DNA of 55,537 nt from Actinomycetales bacterium (GCA_038203515.1 JBBRDX010000001.1:1-55537), one strand, 5' to 3'; shown: positions 18,842-28,747, counted from the stretch's first letter. Notes: generated by a model from the sequence alone, not told the origin. A program made the numbers and translations.

Positions 18842-19588
18842 ATGAAACCATCACTCGCTGCATCCCTGCTCGTTACCACCGTCACTGCGGCACTCCTTCT
18901 CGGGTCGTGCACCGCAGCTCTCGCGACTGAACCCACCACTACTGAACTCACCACTACTGTGCCGTTCGTTCGCTCGACCACCGCTCCGCGCACGGTGTCA
19001 TCGGTCCAGGCGCTCGGAGCCGCTGCCACCGCCGCTCGAATCAGCGCGCTCGACACGGCCATTCCGAAAGTCACCGCGAACCTCTACCTGAGCGCCATCG
19101 ACAAGGACCACGCTCTCGGCACTCTCAGTGGCGACCGCTCCGCGATGGTCACTCTTGGGTCGAAGATCGCCGCGGACACGGACCTCACGGTGGCGACGGC
19201 CGACTACCACTCGATCTTCACCGGCTACCGGGTCTTCGCTGTCGCCATCCCGCAATCCTTCTACGCCGCCGCCGTGTCTACCCTTGTGGACTCGGCGATC
19301 CCTGCCCTCCAGGCCGCACAAGCGACGCTCGCGGCCGCCATCGCCGGCCCGCTCGCGTCGAAAAACACGCCCGCGATCGATGCCGGGATGGCGGATCTCG
19401 TCACCCAGATCTCGACTGCCCGCCAGTCCATCTCCGGTGTGTCGGCTTTCGCGCTCTCGGTCACTCCAGGCCGGTTCAATGCCAATCACGAGATTCTCGC
19501 CCCCGTGCGCGCTTCCGTGAAGACCGCAACCGCCGCCGCGAAGAAGGCGCGGGCGGATGTCGCGTCGGTGAGCGCGGCGCTCAGGTGA
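18842..19588 (+). CDS. Secreted Ala-rich helical protein
   Basis: N-terminal signal-like segment, Ala/Thr-rich helical body; GTGA overlap with next ORF. Confidence 0.75.
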   Translation: MKPSLAASLLVTTVTAALLLGSCTAALATEPTTTELTTTVPFVRSTTAPRTVSSVQALGAAATAARISALDTAIPKVTANLYLSAIDKDHALGTLSGDRSAMVTLGSKIAADTDLTVATADYHSIFTGYRVFAVAIPQSFYAAAVSTLVDSAIPALQAAQATLAAAIAGPLASKNTPAIDAGMADLVTQISTARQSISGVSAFALSVTPGRFNANHEILAPVRASVKTATAAAKKARADVASVSAALR

Positions 19589-19860
19589 GACTGTCCCGAT
19601 GGGCCGTGCCCGCCGGCGGCCTGGTGCTCGTCGTGGGTCTCACCGGCTGTGGTATCCGTACCGGTGCGATGGCGCAGCAGGCTGCGGCGCCGATCCCGGT
19701 AGCTCCGATGGCAAGCGCATCACCGGTGACGGCTCCGTCGACCGACCCTCTCGCCGACATCGACCGCCAGCTGGCGACAGTAGACGGAGCCGCCGCGCAG
19801 AGTACGCGCGACCTCGCGGCGGGCGATACGGGGGCGGGCGCAAGCGACGACGGGCAGTAG
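19585..19860 (+). CDS. Small lipoprotein
   Basis: Signal peptide with LTGC lipobox, Pro/Ala linker, short amphipathic helix. Confidence 0.7.
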   Translation: MRLSRWAVPAGGLVLVVGLTGCGIRTGAMAQQAAAPIPVAPMASASPVTAPSTDPLADIDRQLATVDGAAAQSTRDLAAGDTGAGASDDGQ

Positions 19861-19947
19861 ACGACAGGGGGCCATGCGGCCCGCTGTGCCGCGTGCCAGC
19901 CTTGGGAGAGTAGGAAGTTCGGCCCCGACAGTCCCTGGGAGGACACC

Positions 19948-20328
19948 ATGTTCACCGCCGCCGGCGCATTCAGCGGCTTCTCTGTCGACGACATCGACGC
20001 GGCGCGTACGTTCCACGGTGAGACCCTCGGGCTTGCCGTGAGCACCAATGAGATGGGATTCCTCGAGCTGCAGTTGGGCCGCGGAGCCAAGATTCTCATC
20101 TATTCGAAGCCCAATCACACACCCGCGAGCTTCACCATCCTCAACTTTCCTGCTGATGATGTCGAGGCCGCCGTCGATGACCTCAATGCACGGGGAGTGC
20201 CGACGAAGATCTATGCGGACGACCAGCTGCCGAGCGACAGCAAGGGCATCCTGCGGGGTGACGGACCCGACATCGCGTGGTTCCTCGACCCCGCGGGCAA
20301 CGTGCTCTCGGTACTTAGCTCACGGTAG
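19948..20328 (+). CDS. VOC/glyoxalase family protein
   Basis: FSGFSVDD, TILNF, IAWFLDPAGNVL; GGAGG RBS. Confidence 0.92.
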   Translation: MFTAAGAFSGFSVDDIDAARTFHGETLGLAVSTNEMGFLELQLGRGAKILIYSKPNHTPASFTILNFPADDVEAAVDDLNARGVPTKIYADDQLPSDSKGILRGDGPDIAWFLDPAGNVLSVLSSR

Positions 20329-20367
20329 CCCTCTGCTCCTGGCCTGTCACCTTCAGCCAGAGGGCGT

Positions 20368-20436
20368 CATCGCTGCCGCATCGCTGCGTCATCGCTGCCG
20401 CATCGCTGCCGCGTCATCGCTGCCGCATCGCTGCCG
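20368..20436. repeat. Six tandem copies of an 11-bp unit catcgctgccg (with variants)
   Basis: Units start at 20368, 20379, 20390, 20401, 20415, 20426. Confidence 0.88.
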
Positions 20437-20763
20437 CGGCGGAGATAACGCTTCGCGGCGGGAGTCATAACTCCCGCCGGGATCTCCGTCCGCCACCGTG
20501 ATCGTGCAGATCCCCCGCCGCGAGCAACAGTGGCCAGTGGCCAGTGGCCATGGGTGTTTGCGGACCAGTACTGGCGGCAGGACACGCCGTTCTGGCATCC
20601 GTAACACGCTGACGGAACCGCACCACTCCTGATCCGCGAACACCGCCGACGGGTGCTCCGCGTCAGGGGCATGGCCGGAATCGCCCGACCGGGGCGAATG
20701 AGCACGACCCGGACGGATCCGTAGAATGGAGTTACCGCTGTCGATCCACCAGGAGGACCCTTC

Positions 20764-20937
20764 GTGAAAATCATCGCTTTCGTCATCGCGTTGGGGCTCT
20801 TCGTGCTCGGCATCGTTTTGATGGGGTACGCCTTCGAGCCGGATGTGCCCCACGGAATCCTTTTCTTCAGTGGGATCCTGAGCGTCGCGGTGTCGCTCGC
20901 CATCCCGTTCCACGTGCTCAAGCGCGTTGACGGTTAG
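20764..20937 (+). CDS. 57-aa two-TM membrane protein (absent from ORF track)
   Basis: AGGAGG RBS; MKIIAFVIALGLFVLGIVLMGYAFEPDVPHGILFFSGILSVAVSLAIPFHVLKRVDG. Confidence 0.8.
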   Translation: MKIIAFVIALGLFVLGIVLMGYAFEPDVPHGILFFSGILSVAVSLAIPFHVLKRVDG

Positions 20938-20959
20938 GTCGGCAAGGTCGGCCAGTTCG

Positions 20960-21232
20960 ATGTCTGACGACTTCGGTATCGGTGCGCAGGTCGTCGTGCG
21001 TGCCGCCGACACGGGCGACCCCGCGCCGTGGCCGGATGAACCAAGCGGTGTGATTGTGCGCACCGGCGGTTCCGCGCTTGCGGGCGTATGGGGCCGCGGC
21101 GGTGGCGGTCGGATGTGGTGGGTCGAGTTCGATGAGCCGCAGTCCAACTCCGACGGCGACGGCCCGTTTCTCTCCGCTCAGGTGCATGAGAAGTTCCTCG
21201 AGCTCGCGCCACCGCTGGGCGACACGGAATGA
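20960..21232 (+). CDS. Small hypothetical protein, possibly SH3-like barrel
   Basis: WPDEPSGVIV...WWVEFDEPQ..DGDGPF; ATGA overlap with next gene. Confidence 0.7.
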   Translation: MSDDFGIGAQVVVRAADTGDPAPWPDEPSGVIVRTGGSALAGVWGRGGGGRMWWVEFDEPQSNSDGDGPFLSAQVHEKFLELAPPLGDTE

Positions 21233-22062
21233 GCTTCGGCGAATACGGCGAGGACGCCCTGGCCGGCGATTGGCGCGGGTCGAAGCGAAAGGCTACGCGT
21301 GAGATCGCCGCCGAGCGCGATCTCGTGATCGAGTGGGCGGACACCGGATTCTGTGGTGCCGTGCTGCGCGTCGAAGGCAAGCTGGTGCACCTCGAGGACT
21401 ACCGCGGGGGCGTGCGACTCTTCCCCCTCGGAGGTGGTTTCCTGTTGGAGGGCGAATCGGTCGTGCTCACCGCACCGGTCGCCGCGACGAAAGGAATCGC
21501 ACGCACGGCTTCCGGCTCCTTCGCAGTCGCGGACCGCAAGGCGCGAGTCGCACTTGCGAGTCGAATTTTCGTGGAGGGGCGACACGACGCGGAACTCGTG
21601 GAGAAGGTCTGGGGCGCCGACCTGCGGGTCGAGGGCGTGGTCGTGGAATACCTCGAGGGCATCGATGACCTCGACGTCATCGTGCGGGAGTTCGCGCCCG
21701 CACCCGGCCGCCGGATCGGTGTGCTGGTGGATCACCTCGTCGCCGGGTCTAAGGAGGGCCGCATCGCAGATGCCGTAGCGCGCGGTCCCTTCGGCGCCCA
21801 CGTGCTCGTGGTGGGGCATCCCTTCGTTGACATCTGGCAGGCGGTGAAGCCAGCGCGCCTCGGTCTCACCGCGTGGCCAGACATCCCCCGCTCGATCGAG
21901 TGGAAGCACGGAATCTGCGCGTCGTTGGGCTGGCCGCATGAGAACCAGGCGGATATCGCTTCGGCCTGGCAGCGAATCCTCGGCCAGGTGCGCACGCATG
22001 CGGACCTGGAGCCGGTGGTGCTCGGCCGGGTAGAGCAGCTGATCGACTTTGTGACGGCCTGA
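21229..22062 (+). CDS. DUF3097 family protein (Toprim-like motif)
   Basis: RTASGS, IFVEGRHDAELVEKVWG, LVDHLV.GSKE, GHPFVDIWQAVKP. Confidence 0.9.
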   Translation: MSFGEYGEDALAGDWRGSKRKATREIAAERDLVIEWADTGFCGAVLRVEGKLVHLEDYRGGVRLFPLGGGFLLEGESVVLTAPVAATKGIARTASGSFAVADRKARVALASRIFVEGRHDAELVEKVWGADLRVEGVVVEYLEGIDDLDVIVREFAPAPGRRIGVLVDHLVAGSKEGRIADAVARGPFGAHVLVVGHPFVDIWQAVKPARLGLTAWPDIPRSIEWKHGICASLGWPHENQADIASAWQRILGQVRTHADLEPVVLGRVEQLIDFVTA

Positions 22063-22104
22063 ACTCCGTGCCCGCCTGAACTCCGTGCCCGCCTGATTTC
22101 TGTG
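22057..22104. repeat. 17-bp tandem repeat gcctgaactccgtgccc x2 plus a degenerate third copy
   Basis: Starts across the DUF3097 stop codon. Confidence 0.8.
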
Positions 22105-22640
22105 CGAGAGCCCCGCCACGAGATTGATCGTGGCGGCGAGAATCACCGATCCGAAGACAAAAGACCCCAGCGTGTGGCGAAGCACCGTCGATCGGATCGC
22201 GTGGTTCGTGATGTAGGTGTCGGACACCTGGTAGGTCATACCGAGGGTGAAAGACACGCAGGCGAAATCGGTGTACTTGGGTGGCCGATCCTGATTGAAG
22301 TCGATCCCCTGGGCGGCTTGCGCCAGCACGTAGGCAACAGAGAACGGGCTCGCGATGCTGAGCAGGATCACCAGCAGGGCGGCGATCGCCTGGCCGGTCC
22401 CTCGCGACTGGCGTGCGCCCGGGTCTCGGCTGGATCAAGCCTGGCCAACCGGCAACCACACCGCGGACGAATAGATCAACGCTGCGACGGACCACCCGAC
22501 AGCGGGGGGCAAGGCCCACTCGCCGAAACTGCCGGTGATGAGAGTCGTAATGACCCCTGCGACGAGTATGACGACAACGCGGATGGTGGTGTGTTGGCGT
22601 CCCCTGTGCTGATTAGAGCACCCGCTCGCGGGATTCCGGG
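22105..22640 (-). pseudogene. DUF1345 membrane protein pseudogene
   Basis: GIDFNQ..P.YTDF...GMTYQVSDT motif; N-terminal pieces in three frames (22380-22450), central helix apparently deleted, stop codon lost. Confidence 0.8.
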
Positions 22641-22686
22641 GGATAACCCCGTCGCATCGCGCGACCCGAGCGGGCAAGCTGGGGTC

Positions 22687-22869
22687 ATGGCTGAATTGAA
22701 ACGACCGAAATCGGGCCGCGTTATCGCGGGAGTGTGTGCGGCGATCGCGAATCGCTACGGCTGGAGTGCGAACGCGGTGCGATTGGTATTCATCCTGTCC
22801 TGCCTGCTGCCCGGCCCGCAATTCCTGGTCTATATCGCGCTGTGGATCTTCGTGCCTGCGGAAAAATAG
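22687..22869 (+). CDS. pspC: PspC domain protein
   Basis: LKRP..GRVIAGVCAAIA...YIALWIFVP. Confidence 0.88.
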   Translation: MAELKRPKSGRVIAGVCAAIANRYGWSANAVRLVFILSCLLPGPQFLVYIALWIFVPAEK

Positions 22870-22893
22870 TCGACAGCACGGCAGACTGGGAGC

Positions 22894-23412
22894 GTGAACC
22901 TATCCGACACCAGCTTCGACGCCCTCACCCCTGCCGACATCCCGCGACTCGTCGAGTTGTGTTATGCCGCCTCACCGGCGGTACCGATCACCTCCGAAAC
23001 GGAGATGGCGGCCCTGCTCGACACTGCCGGATTCACCCTCGCGGCGAGGGACGGCGGAACCCTCATCGGATTCGTGATCGGAATGCGCGCCGGCGCGGAC
23101 TACGCGAGTGAGAACTATCGCTTCTTCGATGCGCGGAGCTCCGACTTCCTCTACGTTGACCGCATCGTGATAGACGAATCCAGGCGCGGTGCGGGTGCAG
23201 GGCGGGCGCTTTATTCGGCCGTCTTCGAGCTCGCCAGTGTCGAAGGGCTGCGCGAAGTGACCTGCGAGGTCAACCTCGACCCGCCTAACCCGGAATCGCT
23301 CGCTTTCCATGCCCGGCTGGGCTTCGAGCGCATCGGCGAGCAGGAGACGAAGAACGGTTCCGTCACCGTTGCCCTGCTCGCGGCCGGGGTGTCTGCCGGA
23401 ACAGGGGTCTGA
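22894..23412 (+). CDS. GNAT family acetyltransferase
   Basis: YASENY, FLYVDRIVI, RGAGAGRALY, CEVN..PPN..S..FH. Confidence 0.9.
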   Translation: MNLSDTSFDALTPADIPRLVELCYAASPAVPITSETEMAALLDTAGFTLAARDGGTLIGFVIGMRAGADYASENYRFFDARSSDFLYVDRIVIDESRRGAGAGRALYSAVFELASVEGLREVTCEVNLDPPNPESLAFHARLGFERIGEQETKNGSVTVALLAAGVSAGTGV

Positions 23413-23458
23413 GCCGGAGCACGGGTGTGAGCCGGAACGGCGGTCGGAGACGGACTGG
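23387..23458. repeat. Four degenerate 18-bp tandem units between convergent GNAT and dps
   Basis: gggtgtctgccggaacag / gggtctgagccggagcac / gggtgtgagccggaacgg / cggtcggagacggactgg. Confidence 0.65.
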
Positions 23459-23467
23459 AGAGCCGGG

Positions 23468-23944
23468 CTAGAGGCCCGTCTTCGCGTCGCGCTTCTGCGG
23501 CGTGAGGCTCTCCGCCCCCACCATCCAGGAGTACTTCTCAAGAGTCTCGATTACCTTGTGCAGGATGTCTGCGGTGGTCGGGTCCTCCTCGTCGACCTCG
23601 TCATGCACCCGGCGGCAGGTTTCGGCGGCGGCGTCCAGGCGCGCAGTGATGAGACTGACGACCTCGGCCGTGTCGACCTGGTTGCCCGGGAACTTCGGAA
23701 GTGTGGTCGTGGCGCTCACGGTCTCGGAGCGACCGTCGGGCAGCGCATGGAGCGCGCGCATCCGTTCGGCTATCTCATCGGAGAGCTCGCGGGCCGCATC
23801 GACCAGCTCGTCGAGGATGAGGTGGGTGTCGCGGAAATTGGTGCCGACCACGTTCCAGTGCGCCTGCTTGCCCTGGATATGAAGTTCGATGAGGTCAACG
23901 AGAACTGCCTGCAGATTGTCGGAGAGTTGCTTGGTTGCTTTCAT
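23468..23944 (-). CDS. dps: DNA protection during starvation protein Dps
   Basis: KQAHWNVVG.NFRD.H..LDE, DEIAER, DPTTAD; leaderless TAACGT -10. Confidence 0.95.
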   Translation of the reverse strand: MKATKQLSDNLQAVLVDLIELHIQGKQAHWNVVGTNFRDTHLILDELVDAARELSDEIAERMRALHALPDGRSETVSATTTLPKFPGNQVDTAEVVSLITARLDAAAETCRRVHDEVDEEDPTTADILHKVIETLEKYSWMVGAESLTPQKRDAKTGL

Positions 23945-24057
23945 AACGAAGACGTTACACGCGGTGACCGTGGGTTCACCTTGGTTGTTCAGCGCACTGC
24001 CCATTGTTCTTCGCAATACGCTGGGGTGATGCATTCGCTTGACCAGTTCCCCGACGC

Positions 24058-25257
24058 GTGAGCATCGGTTCTGCGCGCAAGCCCCGACTCTCGCGCGATG
24101 TCATGGTGCTCGGCGTGATCGCCTTTTTCGTCATGGTGGGCTTCGGCGTCGTGGTGCCGGTGCTGCCCGTCTATGTCCGCAGCTTCGGTGTCGGCAACGC
24201 AGAGGTGGGCGCCGTCGTCTCCGCTTTTGCGCTGATGCGGTTCGTGTCGAGTCCCTTCTGCGGCCGGCTGATCGACTGGGCAGGGGAGCGAGCCATCCTC
24301 TCGATCGGAATCGGTATCGTCGCGCTCTCGAGCGGGTTGGTCGGCGTCGCCCAGAACTATCCGCAACTGTTAATCCTGCGTGGCATCGGCGGCATCGGCT
24401 CAGCGATGTTCACCGTGTCGGCGATGACGTTGCTGATCGGGTCGACCAGCACCTCGATGCGTGCCCGGTCCATCGGCTTCTACCAGGGTGGATTCCTCAT
24501 CGGGGGGATGACCGGGCCGGCCCTCGGAGGCCTTCTCGCGACCATCTCGCTCACCGCGCCGTTCTTCTTCTATGCCGCAACTCTCGCCGTCGCGGGCATC
24601 GTGGGCATCCTGTTGCTCCGGCCGCGCACAGTCGCTGCACCCAACGACACGGGAGGCACCCCGGTGAGTATCCCGTTCCGCGAGGTGCTTCGGGACCGCG
24701 GATTCCGTGCGGCCTGCCTCGCGAACTTCGCCCAGGGCTGGACCTCCTTCGGAGTGCGCAATTCTTTGGTGCCCGTGTTGATCGTCGAGGTGCTGCGCGG
24801 GCCGAGCGCCTGGACCGGCATCGCGTTCGCCTTCTCTGCGGTCGCCCAGACCCTCGCGCTCGCGCCGGCGGCGCGATTCATCGACACTGTTGGTCGCAAG
24901 CCTGCCATCGTCGGTTCGTTCGCGGTGGCGGCTGCCACAATCGCCGCCGTTCCCTTCGTGGCGAATTTCTGGGCGCTCACCGCCCTGCTCTGCCTCTACG
25001 GTGTGGCGGCGGCCTTCATGGGCACGGCACCGGCTGCAGCGGTCGGGGATGCCGCTGGCGCGCAGGGTGGCCGTCCGGTGGCGCTGTTCTCGATGTTCTC
25101 CGACTTCGGCGCGATCATCGGGCCGCTCGTCGCGGGTTTTCTCGCCGATACCGTGTCCTACCCGGTGGCTTTCGCAGTGGGCGCGGCTTTCTTCGTGGGG
25201 GCGTCAGCTTATGCCCTGCGGATGCCCGGACGATCGCGCCCTCCCGTCGCGGGCTGA
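24058..25257 (+). CDS. MFS transporter (DHA1-like)
   Basis: 12 TM pattern, GRLIDWAGER and DTVGRK loop motifs. Confidence 0.9.
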   Translation: MSIGSARKPRLSRDVMVLGVIAFFVMVGFGVVVPVLPVYVRSFGVGNAEVGAVVSAFALMRFVSSPFCGRLIDWAGERAILSIGIGIVALSSGLVGVAQNYPQLLILRGIGGIGSAMFTVSAMTLLIGSTSTSMRARSIGFYQGGFLIGGMTGPALGGLLATISLTAPFFFYAATLAVAGIVGILLLRPRTVAAPNDTGGTPVSIPFREVLRDRGFRAACLANFAQGWTSFGVRNSLVPVLIVEVLRGPSAWTGIAFAFSAVAQTLALAPAARFIDTVGRKPAIVGSFAVAAATIAAVPFVANFWALTALLCLYGVAAAFMGTAPAAAVGDAAGAQGGRPVALFSMFSDFGAIIGPLVAGFLADTVSYPVAFAVGAAFFVGASAYALRMPGRSRPPVAG

Positions 25258-25258
25258 A

Positions 25259-25318
25259 CTCTCGCGGCCGGACTTCTCACGGCTGCCCTTCTCACGACTG
25301 CCCTTCTCAGGACTGCGA
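25259..25318. repeat. Four degenerate 15-bp tandem units (ttctcacgactgccc)
   Basis: Immediately after the MFS stop codon. Confidence 0.75.
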
Positions 25319-25382
25319 ATCTCGTGTTTTCCGCCACGCCCCCCATTTCTCGAGGGGGAGCTTCGAGGGGCAGACTGGGAAC

Positions 25383-26360
25383 ATGGAATATACGAAACTC
25401 GGACACAGTGGCCTCGAGATCTCGGCGGTCACCCTCGGTTGCATGAGCTACGGCGACCCGGGTCGCGGCACCCATGCGTGGAGCCTGCCGGAGGAGCAGA
25501 GTCGTCCGTTCATCCGCCGCGCCATCGAGCTCGGTATCACCAGCTTCGATACGGCCAACGTCTATTCGAACGGTTCGAGCGAGGAGATCGTCGGTCGGGC
25601 CCTTGGCGAGTACGCGAGGCGCGAGGAGGTCGTGATCGCCACGAAGGTGCACGGGGTGATGCGTCCTGGCCCCAATGGAGGCGGACTGTCCCGCGGTCAC
25701 ATCATGGAGCAGATCGACGCGAGCCTGCGACGTCTCGGCACGGACTACGTGGACCTGTACCAGATTCACCGCTGGGATCCGCGGGTGCCAATCGACGAGA
25801 CGATGGAGGCCCTGCATGACGTCGTCAAATCCGGCAAGGCGCGTTATCTCGGGGCATCCTCGATGTTCGCCTGGCAGTTCGCCACGGCGCAGCACGCGGC
25901 GGACCTCAACGGCTGGACCCGGTTCGTGTCCATGCAGGACCACTACAACCTCATCAATCGCGAAGAGGAACGGGAGATGCATCCGTTCTGCCTCGACCAG
26001 GGCGTTGGCGTGCTGCCCTGGAGCCCGCTTGCCCGCGGCAAACTGACGCGGGACTGGGATGTCTCCTCCTCACGCTCGGAGACCGATGAGTTCGGTAAAA
26101 CCCTCTACGCCCAGTCCGAGCAGTCCGACCGAAGGGTGGCGGATGCGGTGACATCCGTCGCCGACGCCCGCGGCGTACCGCGTGCCCAGGTCGCCCTCGC
26201 ATGGGTGGCGCAGCAGCCGGCCGTGAGCTCGCCAATCGTCGGGGCGACGAAGCTGTCACACCTGGATGACGCTGTGGCGGCGATCGAACTCGACCTCACG
26301 AATGCCGAGCTCGCGCTGCTCACCGAGCACTACATCCCGCACACGGTCGCGGGATTCTGA
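25383..26360 (+). CDS. Aldo/keto reductase (YajO-like)
   Basis: LGCMSYG, FDTANVY, DLYQIHRWD, PWSPLARG. Confidence 0.95.
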   Translation: MEYTKLGHSGLEISAVTLGCMSYGDPGRGTHAWSLPEEQSRPFIRRAIELGITSFDTANVYSNGSSEEIVGRALGEYARREEVVIATKVHGVMRPGPNGGGLSRGHIMEQIDASLRRLGTDYVDLYQIHRWDPRVPIDETMEALHDVVKSGKARYLGASSMFAWQFATAQHAADLNGWTRFVSMQDHYNLINREEEREMHPFCLDQGVGVLPWSPLARGKLTRDWDVSSSRSETDEFGKTLYAQSEQSDRRVADAVTSVADARGVPRAQVALAWVAQQPAVSSPIVGATKLSHLDDAVAAIELDLTNAELALLTEHYIPHTVAGF

Positions 26361-26364
26361 GCCC

Positions 26365-26946
26365 TCAGCGGGCGTCGCGTCCGGTGAGAGCGAGCAGGCG
26401 AAGCTGCAGGGAGGCGTCTTCGGGCAGAGGGACCGGCGCGGCGAATAGCCCGCTCGCCGAGAGCGTGTCGCGCTGAGGTTCGAAGACCGTCCAAACGGCT
26501 TCGATCAGGGCGCCGTCGAGGGTCTCATCGGCGCCCACCGCCCGCGCCAGATCCCAGGAATGGATGGCGACGTCACTCACCTGCTCGCGGAGATAGTCGG
26601 AGACCGGAACGGTGTCGGAGGAGAGACTCACCTGCGCGTCGGGTGAGGCGGCATCCCAGGCCGAGGTTGCGGCGAGCGAATACAGCCGCCATTCCGCACG
26701 AAGATCGTCACCGAGCGGCTGGATGCGTCGCCGCGCATCCGCAGCCGAACTCCCGGCAAGCAGGTGTGGCACCCACTGCTGCTCCTCGACCACGTGCCTC
26801 ACCAGGTCGCGCACGGTCCAGTCCGTGTCGGGAGTGGGCGCATCCCAGTCCGTCACCAGACCGAGCCGCACTCCGAACTCGCTATGGGCCTGCTTCTGCA
26901 GGGCGAGCCAGTCGTAAGTCGGTGCTGTTGATTCGCTCGATTCCAT
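26365..26946 (-). CDS. TIGR03086 family (DinB/MDMPI-like) metal-binding protein
   Basis: PTPDTDWTVRDLVRH, IHSWDLARA, LLALTGR. Confidence 0.88.
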   Translation of the reverse strand: MESSESTAPTYDWLALQKQAHSEFGVRLGLVTDWDAPTPDTDWTVRDLVRHVVEEQQWVPHLLAGSSAADARRRIQPLGDDLRAEWRLYSLAATSAWDAASPDAQVSLSSDTVPVSDYLREQVSDVAIHSWDLARAVGADETLDGALIEAVWTVFEPQRDTLSASGLFAAPVPLPEDASLQLRLLALTGRDAR

Positions 26947-27027
26947 TATTGTCTCAACGCCCGGCGACCTGACGAATTCCCGCGCGGTTGTGCGGTCGTA
27001 GGCTGAAAGTAAGGAAGGGACCAACGG

Positions 27028-27540
27028 ATGAGCAGCGGATCAGAGAGCACGCCTGACGATCGATCGCGGACGGTGACCTGGGAGGATCCGTTGGTGGGCG
27101 CCGCGCTCGCCAAGACGATGTCTGGCCTCGAGTACATCCAGGGCCTCCTCGACGGAAGCATCCCGGAGCCTCCGATTATGAATCTCATGAACATGAGGCC
27201 GGTGGCGGTGGAGGTCGGCAAGGTCACCTTCACCTGCGATCCCAACGAATCGCACTACAACCCCATCGGCACCGTGCACGGCGGACTGGTCTGCACCCTG
27301 CTCGACTCGGTGCTCGGCTGTGCGGTGCAGACGACACTGCCGCACGGGCAGGGATACACCTCGCTCGAGATCAAGATCAGCTACCTCCGTCCGGTGATGG
27401 TAGATACCGGTCAGCTCACCGCGGTCGGGATCGCCACGAAACCGGGAAGCAGGGCAGCCTTCGCCGATGGCACGGTGCATGATTCGAACGGCAAGCTGAT
27501 TGCAACCGCGAGCAGCACCCTCCTGGTTTTCCCGGTCTGA
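27028..27540 (+). CDS. PaaI family thioesterase
   Basis: NPIGTVHGG...LLDS..GCAV hotdog motif. Confidence 0.92.
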   Translation: MSSGSESTPDDRSRTVTWEDPLVGAALAKTMSGLEYIQGLLDGSIPEPPIMNLMNMRPVAVEVGKVTFTCDPNESHYNPIGTVHGGLVCTLLDSVLGCAVQTTLPHGQGYTSLEIKISYLRPVMVDTGQLTAVGIATKPGSRAAFADGTVHDSNGKLIATASSTLLVFPV

Positions 27541-27589
27541 GACTGCACGGGCGACCCGTGCTTCCAGCGTTTGTTTCTACACTGGAGCC

Positions 27590-28528
27590 GTGAGCGACGC
27601 GCACGGGCATAGCCACTCGCACGGCCTGGATCCCCAGACCGGCCGAGCGAATCGGGCGCGCCTGCTGATCACCATCGGAATCGTCTCTGTCGTACTCGTG
27701 GTGGAGGTCATCGGCGGCATTATCTCGGGATCGCTCGCGCTGTTCGCCGACGCCGGTCACATGCTCTCCGACCTCACGGGACTCCTTGTCGCCCTGATCG
27801 CGCTCACGATGGCGGCACGGCCAGCGACGGATGCCCGCACTTTCGGCCACCGTCGCGCCGAGGTCTTCGGAGCTCTCGCCAACGGGCTCATCCTGCTCGT
27901 GGTGGTGGGTTTCGTGGTCGTGGAGGCGGTCAACCGGCTCGTGGAGCCGTTGGTTGCGGCGGTTGAGGCACCCCTGATGCTGTTCGTGGCCGTTCTCGGG
28001 GCAATTGCGAACACCGTCGGGCTGCTCGTTCTGCGCAGCGGTGCGAAGGACTCGATCAATATGCGCGGGGCCTATCTCGAAGTTCTTGGCGATCTTGTGG
28101 GCTCCGTGGCCGTGATCATGGCGGCCATCGTCATCCTGCTCACCGGTTTCGAGCGGGCCGACGCGATCGCCTCCCTCGCCATCGCAGGCCTCATCGTGCC
28201 GCGGGCCCTCGGCCTGCTGCGAGATGTGATCGGGGTTCTCAGCCAGGGCACGCCACGTGGCACGGATGTTGCGCTGATCCGTGAACACGTACTTTCCAAG
28301 TCCGGGGTGGTCTCGGTGCATGACGTGCATGTCTGGTCGATCACGCCCGGTTCGAACGTGTTTTCTGCCCACGTCGTGGTGGATCGGGCGGTCTTCAGAG
28401 AGAACCGCACGGACCAGCTGCTCGATGCCCTGACGGCGTGTCTCGCCGAGCATTTCGACGTGGCACACTCCACATTCCAGCTCGAGCCGGAGGAGCACGC
28501 GGACCACGAGGTGGACCAGCACCGCTAG
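27590..28528 (+). CDS. Cation diffusion facilitator (CzcD/ZitB-like)
   Basis: His-rich N-terminus, SLAL.ADAGHMLSD, HDVHVW; leaderless TACACT-N6-GTG. Confidence 0.93.
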   Translation: MSDAHGHSHSHGLDPQTGRANRARLLITIGIVSVVLVVEVIGGIISGSLALFADAGHMLSDLTGLLVALIALTMAARPATDARTFGHRRAEVFGALANGLILLVVVGFVVVEAVNRLVEPLVAAVEAPLMLFVAVLGAIANTVGLLVLRSGAKDSINMRGAYLEVLGDLVGSVAVIMAAIVILLTGFERADAIASLAIAGLIVPRALGLLRDVIGVLSQGTPRGTDVALIREHVLSKSGVVSVHDVHVWSITPGSNVFSAHVVVDRAVFRENRTDQLLDALTACLAEHFDVAHSTFQLEPEEHADHEVDQHR

Positions 28529-28582
28529 CGACGCGCCGGGCAGCTACCGCAGCGCGGTATCCCCGATCCGTGTTCCAACCGC

Positions 28583-28663
28583 GGCAAATGCAGGAACGGT
28601 CGTGACGGATGTTGCGGGTGAGTCTCATCCGCCACTCCTGTCACGAGGAGTCCTGCATTTGCC
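28583..28663. repeat. REP/MITE-like 81-bp imperfect palindrome
   Basis: 13-bp perfect arms ggcaaatgcagga / tcctgcatttgcc with further inner pairing (tcgtgac/gtcacga). Confidence 0.75.
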
Positions 28664-28697
28664 AGTCGGAATGAAGCCGCACGGAGGATTGATCAAA

Positions 28698-28726
28698 GAA
28701 GGGTCCCGGCGACGCGGGGACCCTTC
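28698..28726 (-). terminator. Intrinsic terminator downstream of yceI
   Basis: gaagggtccc / gggacccttc stem followed by TTT on the minus strand. Confidence 0.7.
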
Positions 28727-28747
28727 AGATGAATCGGCGAGTGGGGG

